Positions 27,599 through 35,591 of a stretch of DNA of 64,000 nt are shown here, in pieces (the first letter of the stretch is position 1; every line of letters starts with the position of its first letter). The stretch covers positions 35,960 to 99,959 of the forward strand of contig CAZUDQ010000003.1 of the NCBI GenBank assembly GCA_964619365.1, written 5' to 3'. Position numbers and translations under genes: made by a program. Below the pieces are notes generated by a model. That model ran no database searches. It was not told where the DNA came from and saw only the letters and a program-made list of their open reading frames with translations. The stretch comes from an uncultured archaeon. GTDB taxonomy: Archaea > Altiarchaeota > Altiarchaeia > JAFGQM01.

Positions 27599-30500
27599 TT
27601 AGCAACTAGTATCCCTTGATACCCATTCTGCTGTACTTTTTGCGTAGTATGTCGCAGCTTTTGATGAGGTAAATGCGCTAAACGCAGGTATAAATGCGCG
27701 ACCAAATATAAGTTTTCCTGCAGTAAAGGCAAAACTTGTCTGGTCCATGCCCCCCCAAGGACTTATCGTATTTAGCATACCCTTACCAAAGTCAAGCATA
27801 CCTTGTCCTACACCTTTGGCCGCCCCAGTCCAAGTAGCACCTTCGCCAAGGCTAGTGAAACCTTTACCAATGCTGGATGCACCAGCCTTAATGCCATCCC
27901 AGCCAGATTGAGCAAGATCCCCCATATCACCCCATAGTGTGGATTCCTCAGACATACTAAAATACTCAAAATTCATGTCAGGCATTTGGAAACTACTATC
28001 AGCAAAACCAAATGATTCACTCAGTCCACTAAACCCTGGGAAGGAAGTAGTACTACTCGCCCCACTTTCACCTCCAATACCAATGTAGTTAAGCGCGCTA
28101 GAGTAGGTATCCATACTTGTTAAAGAATCAAAACCCTTACCTATCCCGCTTATCGTGCTCATAACACCATCTTTAACCGAGAGTGCAGCATCCTTAACTG
28201 CGCTTGCAGCACTCGAAATACCCTCTGTGACAGAGCTTATCGCTTGTGAGCCCAGTTGAGTGGTTCCTGCAACAAGACCCTTTTCCATAAGTGTGTCAAA
28301 AGAATTGATAAGAATATCCTTCACACCAGCCCCATTAAGCAGGCCGCCTACGCCGCATCCCATTGATATCCCACCCATAGCAGCGGATAGTTCAGCTGGC
28401 CCCCCTGCAAAGGTGTTGATAAGTGAGACAAGGCTTGCAGCAAGTGAAATTAAAAGTGTTGCCCATCCAGGTAGGAATATACTTGCTATTAAAAATAATG
28501 CAAAAAAGAGCCAGAAAAGCCAGCTATCAAAAATACTTCCTTGTTCCTCAACAGCGCATTTCATATCTCCGCATATGCAGTCGTTGTCATAGCCGTCATC
28601 ACAAAGTTTTGGCTCGGCTTTGGAATCATCAGTCTCTGTTGGCAAGTCCCCAGGATTCTCATACCAAAGCCATCCGCCACCATCAAATGCACAGTAAAAT
28701 CTTGAATCGGCGCATTGAGCATATTCACATTCTTTGTCTTCATTACAAACAAGGGTTTTTGGACTTACCCACTCGAATTGGTCCTCTTCCTTGTCTATAG
28801 CACTTTCATTTACCCTCCAAGATTCCTTTCTACATACAAGGACATTTGCATCGTTTATGCCCGCTATGGTACCACCGTCTTCATCCCAGACCATAGCGCA
28901 CGGCGTGTTTGAAGTGCATGAGCAGAAATCCCCCCCCGTTCCTGTGGTCCCGGTTCTGTCAATCAGGCCGTCACAGTCGTTGTCCCATCCATCATTGCAG
29001 ATTTCCATGATATCAAGGTACTCGCGCGGGGTGTATTCATCACATTTCAGGCAGGCGTAATATTGTTCCATATCGCCTGCAAGATAAGAACTTACACAGA
29101 ATATGTCTTCAGAGGACATCTGATTGTCCTTATTGACATCAGAACAGTTCATGTCATATCCTGTTATCTTACCCTCGACAATAAGAGTTATTAAAATCTC
29201 ATCAATTTCATCAATTTTATAGTCGCCGTTAATATCACCCTTAACACTGTTGCAAGAGTCAAGATGATAGATTTCCAGACAGCTTGTGGGTATTGTAACA
29301 ACATTACCAATAAGGTTATTCGTGTTGTTTACTTCCACTCCTTCAAACTTCTTTGCACAGATTGCGTCATATGAATCAATCCGTCCGCTTTGGTCAAAGT
29401 CTGCCGCACTAAGAATTCGCTCGTGCATTAAGATGCCACCCGTATCTGCGTCAACTAGTTTTCGCATAAGGATAAGATCAACCTCGGTTATCTTCCTGTT
29501 GCCATCAAGGTCGCCTGCAAGGGGCGAGTCAAGCACCATGTCAAAACAAACCCCGCCATTTAGGTCGCCCCACCATTTACCCGCAATGACGTTTGTCATA
29601 CAGGTCAAATCTGCTTCGTCAACATCAGAATCGCGGTCGTAATCAGCACATGACAAGTAGTCTCTTCTTGAAGGCTGTGGCAATGGAAGTATTATAGTCT
29701 GGAGTATTGCAGCATCACTCACAGTTAGTTTGCCGTCACCATTTAAATCTCCTTTATTCCATCCACATATCACTGCGCTGACAACAGTATCTCCCCTTAC
29801 CGATTTAAAACAAGAGATAAGGTCTGTTTCAGTATAATTGACACCCATCCCAGCTTTTGAATCAAAAACACAACGCCGTACATCGCGCATGTCCTCGCAA
29901 CTGGAATTTCTCACTAAAGGACAAGTTGGTGCTTTTGCCTGGGAAGTATCTACAATATATATTGTTTCTGACGAGGAAAAATCTTGTCCCTTTCCATAGA
30001 AATTGAATGCATATGCACCTTCTAAGGTGGGTGCTGAGAAATCAGAAGAATAAACCCCGTCCTTTTCATTCCAAACAAGGGCGCGGTCGTTTCCATTGAT
30101 ATTGGCCCTAAAGATAATGAATTCCTTCAGGACATTTCCGCCAAAAATTGGCAGAAGGGTTGTTGAGAACGCTTCTGTTGGCGTTAGTACTTTAGGACTT
30201 ATAGTATATTGCAATAATAAATCAGTCGAGGCGCTTTCGGATTCAAGATAACTTGCAAAATCCCCCAAATACGTCATATCGCCTTTTTGTGCAGTTACAG
30301 AAAGAAGCACTTTATAGTCACCCTTTAAAGGGGGCATCACAGTTACTTCCCAAAAGCCTGTTTCCGGGTTCTTGGAAAGTATGTTACTTGCATTTGCAAC
30401 AAGGGTTGTGCCATCGACAAAATAGAGTGACATGTTGTTTTCAAGCATGTCAAAGTCAGTGGAATTATCAATATGGATGATATACCCTAGGTTTATAGGA

Positions 30501-30751
30501 GATTTTTTGGAGGGAGTATACGCGGGACTTACACTTAATCCCTCACTTGTCGTTGTTTTCCCTCTGACGCGCAGGTCTATTGGGTATGCGCCCTCAAAAC
30601 CATCATAAATAGCCTTTATGAGAATTGTATAAAGACCTGCATCATCCGGGCTTTGCGCTACAGAGAGCCATTCGCCAAGACCAAAAGGAATCTGGGCTAG
30701 GATAAAGAGCAGTATTATTACTCCAACCTTGGGTCCGTCAAAATAGCGCAT
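27599..30751 (-). CDS. secreted dockerin-repeat protein with variable membrane-active C-terminal payload, paralog 2
   Basis: Colinear with paralog 1 up to CDDGYDNDCxCGDxxC, then hydrophobic helices and amphipathic repeats; ends YAKSTAEWVSRDTSC. Confidence 0.85.
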   Translation of the reverse strand: MRYFDGPKVGVIILLFILAQIPFGLGEWLSVAQSPDDAGLYTILIKAIYDGFEGAYPIDLRVRGKTTTSEGLSVSPAYTPSKKSPINLGYIIHIDNSTDFDMLENNMSLYFVDGTTLVANASNILSKNPETGFWEVTVMPPLKGDYKVLLSVTAQKGDMTYLGDFASYLESESASTDLLLQYTISPKVLTPTEAFSTTLLPIFGGNVLKEFIIFRANINGNDRALVWNEKDGVYSSDFSAPTLEGAYAFNFYGKGQDFSSSETIYIVDTSQAKAPTCPLVRNSSCEDMRDVRRCVFDSKAGMGVNYTETDLISCFKSVRGDTVVSAVICGWNKGDLNGDGKLTVSDAAILQTIILPLPQPSRRDYLSCADYDRDSDVDEADLTCMTNVIAGKWWGDLNGGVCFDMVLDSPLAGDLDGNRKITEVDLILMRKLVDADTGGILMHERILSAADFDQSGRIDSYDAICAKKFEGVEVNNTNNLIGNVVTIPTSCLEIYHLDSCNSVKGDINGDYKIDEIDEILITLIVEGKITGYDMNCSDVNKDNQMSSEDIFCVSSYLAGDMEQYYACLKCDEYTPREYLDIMEICNDGWDNDCDGLIDRTGTTGTGGDFCSCTSNTPCAMVWDEDGGTIAGINDANVLVCRKESWRVNESAIDKEEDQFEWVSPKTLVCNEDKECEYAQCADSRFYCAFDGGGWLWYENPGDLPTETDDSKAEPKLCDDGYDNDCICGDMKCAVEEQGSIFDSWLFWLFFALFLIASIFLPGWATLLISLAASLVSLINTFAGGPAELSAAMGGISMGCGVGGLLNGAGVKDILINSFDTLMEKGLVAGTTQLGSQAISSVTEGISSAASAVKDAALSVKDGVMSTISGIGKGFDSLTSMDTYSSALNYIGIGGESGASSTTSFPGFSGLSESFGFADSSFQMPDMNFEYFSMSEESTLWGDMGDLAQSGWDGIKAGASSIGKGFTSLGEGATWTGAAKGVGQGMLDFGKGMLNTISPWGGMDQTSFAFTAGKLIFGRAFIPAFSAFTSSKAATYYAKSTAEWVSRDTSC

Positions 30752-30796
30752 TTTCTTAATGAATCTTAACCTATATTATAATTAATTTAAAGGATA

Positions 30797-31120
30797 TTAT
30801 CTTATATAATCTGTTGATTCAGATTTTTTTGCCACAGTCACTGTTTTCTTTTTCATTTCCTTATCCATCTTCGTCAGAGATTCACTAAGCGCCTTTAAGA
30901 GACCTTTGGCAGTTATTGGTGAAAGAACAACCTTTTCTACAGGCTTTTGAGTAGTCATATCAATAAAGACAATTTGTAAATGGCCTTCTTTCATGATTTT
31001 GCCTTTATCATCCTTGCCACTTTTTATCGTATGTGCGACCACAATCTCATCGGAATATATCGGACGGACCGTGCTTGTCGCAAGGTTTTGCTGAATGTTT
31101 CTTATAGTGTTGTTTTCCAT
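30797..31120 (-). CDS. DUF3467-like small protein
   Basis: PIYSD...FID...VVLSPITAKGLLKAL pattern; family call from memory of the motif. Confidence 0.6.
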   Translation of the reverse strand: MENNTIRNIQQNLATSTVRPIYSDEIVVAHTIKSGKDDKGKIMKEGHLQIVFIDMTTQKPVEKVVLSPITAKGLLKALSESLTKMDKEMKKKTVTVAKKSESTDYIR

Positions 31121-31165
31121 ACAGTTTTAAAGCGTACATAAATTTAAAGTGATAGGGAATACGCT

Positions 31166-32428
31166 TTAAAGACCGAGGTAAAAAAGAAGGGTCGGAAGAA
31201 TCAGGCAGCCCATACAATGTGTTCTTGAGACGCCAGTTAGTTGTGGTATGAGGCCTACTGCAGTAGAAACAAGCACAATAAGTATTCCCAGAGGGCCCGC
31301 CCCCCAAAAGACCATGCTAAAAACAAACACAAGTCCAAAAAAGGAGAGTTTCTTAAGGTCAAGCTCATTTGAAATCTTACAAAAGAATAGTCCAAGGCGT
31401 ATGTGGGCAAGATATGCGAGGAATCCTGCGGCGAGCATACTCCCGCAAAGCAAGAAGAGAAGGTCTAAGGAGAGTACTCCAACCAAATTTTCGATAATAA
31501 CACTAGTTCCGCTTCTTGGATTGCCGATTAAGTAAAGCGAAAAGATTGAAAACATGGCATCTGCAGTATTTAACGAGCCGACAATAGTCATGAATTTTCT
31601 CATGGCAGTTTCATCACCATCTTCTCCAAGACCGCTTTGTTTCTTTTTTCCTGAAATGAGATCTCCAAACTCCTGGAACATTATCCCTATCTGTGAGGGG
31701 GACATCGCAGGAAGTATCCCGACAAGAAGCCCGCCGACAGCGCCCAAATATGAATTTCTCCAAAGGCTCTTTTCAGACAATGTTACATCAACTGTGACGT
31801 CTTGGGTTGCCTTTGCAGTTTTTGCAAAGATTCCAGTCAGTAGTGCTGAGACACCAAACATACCTGAAAAAAGAGGCAGGAAAACCTGGGAACTTGAAAG
31901 TGACAAAAGGTCAAAACACGTATAACCAAGGTAACCAGATACGCTAAACACAATAATCGCCCAAAGAATCTTTTCAAACTTCCTTTCCCGCATTATCATG
32001 AAGATTATGACAAAGACAAGAAGGGGAACAACGGCTTCCTTTACAAGGCCCTTTGCGGCGGGCACGACTAAAAAAGCGATAGGAAGAAGACTCAATGAAG
32101 CTATTGTGCCATAAAGGCTTGCAAGACCTGTTATCCGTATTGCCTCCATTGCGCGCCCCGACAAAAAGAGTTTGTGTGCCGGAAGCATGGAAAGAACAGT
32201 ATCCTCATCAGGAACGCCGAGAAATATCGAAGGTATAAAATCTATAAAAGTTTGTGTTGTTGCCATGGAGACTAAAAAGACTGAAAAAGGCACAAGCGGG
32301 AAATTAAGGATTCCTGCAAGAGAGAGCATCATCACCCCCACATTATTAACATGAAGTCCCGGGAGCAAGCCACAGGCTATCCCTGCCGCTATACCCGCAA
32401 AGAAAAAGGCGATTAGTTCAGTAAGCAA
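31166..32428 (-). CDS. archaeal TctA-family (tripartite tricarboxylate transporter) permease
   Basis: GLLPGLHVN, FIPSIFLGVP, LPAH, GNPRSG, RTHCMG. Confidence 0.88.
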   Translation of the reverse strand: MLTELIAFFFAGIAAGIACGLLPGLHVNNVGVMMLSLAGILNFPLVPFSVFLVSMATTQTFIDFIPSIFLGVPDEDTVLSMLPAHKLFLSGRAMEAIRITGLASLYGTIASLSLLPIAFLVVPAAKGLVKEAVVPLLVFVIIFMIMRERKFEKILWAIIVFSVSGYLGYTCFDLLSLSSSQVFLPLFSGMFGVSALLTGIFAKTAKATQDVTVDVTLSEKSLWRNSYLGAVGGLLVGILPAMSPSQIGIMFQEFGDLISGKKKQSGLGEDGDETAMRKFMTIVGSLNTADAMFSIFSLYLIGNPRSGTSVIIENLVGVLSLDLLFLLCGSMLAAGFLAYLAHIRLGLFFCKISNELDLKKLSFFGLVFVFSMVFWGAGPLGILIVLVSTAVGLIPQLTGVSRTHCMGCLILPTLLFYLGL

Positions 32429-32550
32429 TTTTTGCTAGTAGGCAAGGAAAAGAAGAAGCAAGACTCTTAGGGAGATTATAAGCGATAATTTATAATAAAA
32501 TATTAATAAAAAAGAAACAAGCGCCAAAATGGCGCTCAACTAAAAAGTGA

Positions 32551-32832
32551 CTATTGCCACCTAATTCCTGATTTCTCAACTCTTGGCTTTTTTACCTTTG
32601 CAGGTAGCCAATCAGGCGCATTTGCAGGAGCGTCGATTTTTTTAACCTCGCCCTTATAGACATGGATTTTTGCTTTCCCGTCTTTCTTTTTTGCGCCACG
32701 TTCACGAAGCTCTATATTCTTGTTGCCGTCGCTTGCAGCTTTGAGGGCCGCTTGGTGCGGATTCCTACCGGTGTATATATGTTCGGTGTCCTTCCCGCCC
32801 GTCCTAAGGACAAAATATCTTTTGCCGTCCAT
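32551..32832 (-). CDS. non-histone chromosomal protein MC1
   Basis: KRYFVLR...YTGRNPHQAALKAA...LRERG...HVYKG...PDWLP...KPRVEK; start at ATG 32832. Confidence 0.88.
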   Translation of the reverse strand: MDGKRYFVLRTGGKDTEHIYTGRNPHQAALKAASDGNKNIELRERGAKKKDGKAKIHVYKGEVKKIDAPANAPDWLPAKVKKPRVEKSGIRWQ

Positions 32833-32987
32833 TTTTAAGGAGCATAAATTTTTTCCACCCATGATGCACGCAAATGCATCAATATTTTTAATCCTTTTTC
32901 GTTAAAAAGGGCACATCCCCCCATTTTTTGCATTTTTAAGCGTTTTTTTGAAAAGAAAAGGGTTTACTAGTTCTATTAAATAAGCAA

Positions 32988-34298
32988 ATGAGTCTTAGGA
33001 AGATAAATCGTGAGAGGGATAAAAAGCATAAGTTCTCGATAGGGTCAAAGAGCCATTTTTCAAAACTAAAAAAAGGTTCACACAATCAAGCTCCCGCTCC
33101 AGAAAGTAACGAATCTGATGGTTACATCCACCCAAAAAAGGTCTATGTAGAAGGCGAAGGTCTTAGCCAAAACCTCAAGATGATTCTTGTTATAGCTATA
33201 ATCGCTGTTGCCGTTGTTGGCATAGAGCTAATACTCTGGGCAGGGGATCAGGATGCTGGTCCAAATACCCAAAGCAATTTAAATTCCACAGATAACAGTT
33301 CATCGAATGATACCCCTCTTGTCAATCTTACGTTATTAGAATCGGAGGATGACTATGTAGCGCCAAAAGCAGACTTATTAGCAAGTTCAATCGAGCTTTC
33401 CCCAGAGGAGCTCAGCGAAGGTGAAGTCGTTTCCATAACAGCAGAGTTTGAGAATAACGGAGAACTTGATGCGGAGAATGTAAGCTTAAACATATACGCC
33501 GGAGGAACCGAGATATATTCTGAAATAGTGACTATTCGCAGTGGGGAAAAGACCGAAATAGAAACTTCCTGGATTTCAGAAGGTGAAGGCTCAAAGACGA
33601 TAAAAGCCGAGGCCGACCCTGGAGACAATATTGATGAATCAGATGAGGGGAACAATGAAAAATCAGATTCCATTTCAATAGAAAAAAGCATATTCCTGGA
33701 CAGTTCAGATGAGTTTACATACCGTGGAAGGATTCTTGAGCTTGGTGATATATACGCGATAAAAAAGCTCATCTCAAACGATAATGATGCTTACTGTGGT
33801 GAGGACATGAATATTTTCTCGCTTTCAAAAAAGGACTCTCATCACTATTACCTTGATGTCCACACAAGCATTTATCGCAAGACAAATTATGCTGGCAACG
33901 AGGCTTTACTCCTTGCCGACGGCTCATGCAATTGGAACGGAGGGAGCAACATAATTTCTGGTACCGCAGGACATGTATTCAACGGTCCGCTTATGGGGCT
34001 TGGTCTAGGGTTTGAAGGCAGCAAACTTGTTGTAAAAGACCAAAACGGAAAAGAGGCAAGTGTCAGTTCAGGAGATAGCGCAGTAAAGTCTATAACACCA
34101 ATTGGCATAAAAATCGCGGATTGGCCCGAAGACGAACTTAATCTTTATACGACAAGCAAGGCAAATGGCCTTTTCCCGGAAGAATTCTATATTATAGAAG
34201 GCGGAAGGCGCATATATCTTTACCCCCTTGCATGGAATCCCGCGACAAAAGAGGCAAAAGTTGCTGTTGGCTACCAGTTTGAGATAACAACAGGGTAA
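32988..34298 (+). CDS. membrane-anchored CARDB-domain surface protein
   Basis: Basic N-terminus and one TM, then DLLASSI...ITAEFENNG...ADPGDNIDESDEGNN (CARDB). Confidence 0.8.
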   Translation: MSLRKINRERDKKHKFSIGSKSHFSKLKKGSHNQAPAPESNESDGYIHPKKVYVEGEGLSQNLKMILVIAIIAVAVVGIELILWAGDQDAGPNTQSNLNSTDNSSSNDTPLVNLTLLESEDDYVAPKADLLASSIELSPEELSEGEVVSITAEFENNGELDAENVSLNIYAGGTEIYSEIVTIRSGEKTEIETSWISEGEGSKTIKAEADPGDNIDESDEGNNEKSDSISIEKSIFLDSSDEFTYRGRILELGDIYAIKKLISNDNDAYCGEDMNIFSLSKKDSHHYYLDVHTSIYRKTNYAGNEALLLADGSCNWNGGSNIISGTAGHVFNGPLMGLGLGFEGSKLVVKDQNGKEASVSSGDSAVKSITPIGIKIADWPEDELNLYTTSKANGLFPEEFYIIEGGRRIYLYPLAWNPATKEAKVAVGYQFEITTG

Positions 34299-34299
34299 G

Positions 34300-34331
34300 A
34301 ACTCAATTCAATTATCTTGCTCAGTTGAGTT
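34300..34331. terminator. possible hairpin between convergent genes
   Basis: AACTCAA...TTGAGTT inverted repeat between the CARDB gene and ahcY stop codons. Confidence 0.3.
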
Positions 34332-34339
34332 GGTCAGTC

Positions 34340-35590
34340 TTATGTCCCTTCCTTCCAGGATGAAAGATAGGAGATTTGCTCTTTTGAGAGTTTGTCAATA
34401 TCAACCCCAAGTGTCTTAAGCTTAAGCTTTGCGATACCATTGTCCAATCCTAAAGGAATCTCATAAACCTTAGCATCCAGTTTATCTTTATTTTTAACCA
34501 GATATTCTGCGCCAAGAGCCTGATTTGCAAAACTTAAGTCCATGACTTCAGCGGGATGCCCTTGTCCAGCCACAAGATTAACAAGGCGCCCGTCAGCAAG
34601 AAGACAAACTTTGCGCCCACCCTCAAGTGTGTATTCCCTAACATTGGGACGAATATCACAGTATTTGTTTTCTTCCAGGAATTTTTTATCAATCTCGTTG
34701 TCAAAGTGCCCTGAATTTGCCAGCATTGCACCATCCTTCATGGATTTGATATGGCTTTTTGTTATCACATCGCAATTTCCGGTAGCAGTTACGAATATGT
34801 CACCAATCTTTGCAGCATCTCTCATCGGCATCACCCTAAAACCATCCATTATGGCCTCAACTGCCTTTGTTGGGTCAATCTCTGTAACAACAACAGAGGA
34901 GCCCATCCCCTTTGCGCGCATTGCAATACCACGCCCACACCAACCATAGCCTGCAACAACAAAGACTTTTCCGGCAAGAAGGAGGTTTGTTGCGCTAAAA
35001 AGCCCGTCGAGTGTTGATTGACCCGTGCCGTAGCGATTGTCAAATAAATATTTTGTTTGTGAGTCATTCACATTCATCACAGGGTAGTTTAAAACGCCTT
35101 CTTTTTCCATAGCAATGAGACGTTTTATCCCAGTTGTAGTCTCTTCACAACCCCCGATTATAGTCTCTAACAAGTCCTTTCGCGTTGTATGAACAAGTTT
35201 TATCAGGTCGCATCCGTCATCAATTGTTATGTGGGGCCTAATATCAAGAACCAGATTTAAGTTTTCATAATATTCGGCGTCAGTCTCACCTCTCCAGCAA
35301 AATACATCAATGTCTTTTTCCTCTGCAAGTGCTGCGGCCGCATCGTCCTGTGTTGTTAGCGGATTGCATCCGGTGATTGCGACTTTTGCTCCACCATCGC
35401 GAAGTGTTTTTGCAAGAACGCAGGTCTTTGGCTCGACGTGAAGAGCCATTGCAATACGCACCCCTTCAAGCGGTTTTTCCTTAAGGAATCTTTCTCTAAT
35501 CGTCCCGAGAACCGGCATGTGTGTCTCTGCCCATTCTATTTTCTTTTTTCCGACCCCCCCAAGAGAAGCGTCTTTTACTCTGCATTCCAT
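34340..35590 (-). CDS. ahcY: S-adenosylhomocysteine hydrolase
   Basis: GCNPLTTQD, EETTTG, FDNRYGTGQS, GYGWCGRG, GHPAEVMDLSF. Confidence 0.97.
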   Translation of the reverse strand: MECRVKDASLGGVGKKKIEWAETHMPVLGTIRERFLKEKPLEGVRIAMALHVEPKTCVLAKTLRDGGAKVAITGCNPLTTQDDAAAALAEEKDIDVFCWRGETDAEYYENLNLVLDIRPHITIDDGCDLIKLVHTTRKDLLETIIGGCEETTTGIKRLIAMEKEGVLNYPVMNVNDSQTKYLFDNRYGTGQSTLDGLFSATNLLLAGKVFVVAGYGWCGRGIAMRAKGMGSSVVVTEIDPTKAVEAIMDGFRVMPMRDAAKIGDIFVTATGNCDVITKSHIKSMKDGAMLANSGHFDNEIDKKFLEENKYCDIRPNVREYTLEGGRKVCLLADGRLVNLVAGQGHPAEVMDLSFANQALGAEYLVKNKDKLDAKVYEIPLGLDNGIAKLKLKTLGVDIDKLSKEQISYLSSWKEGT

Positions 35591-35591
35591 T

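Noticed and set aside
24470-30751. Classical toxin-immunity pairs or a diversity-generating retroelement target
   Set aside because: There is no room for immunity genes (42-bp and 2-bp gaps), no recognisable nuclease or deaminase motif, and no reverse transcriptase or adenine-variable TR/VR pair in the window.
34299-34340. Second box C/D RNA (two CTGA motifs on the minus strand)
   Set aside because: No RUGAUGA C or C' boxes at suitable spacing.
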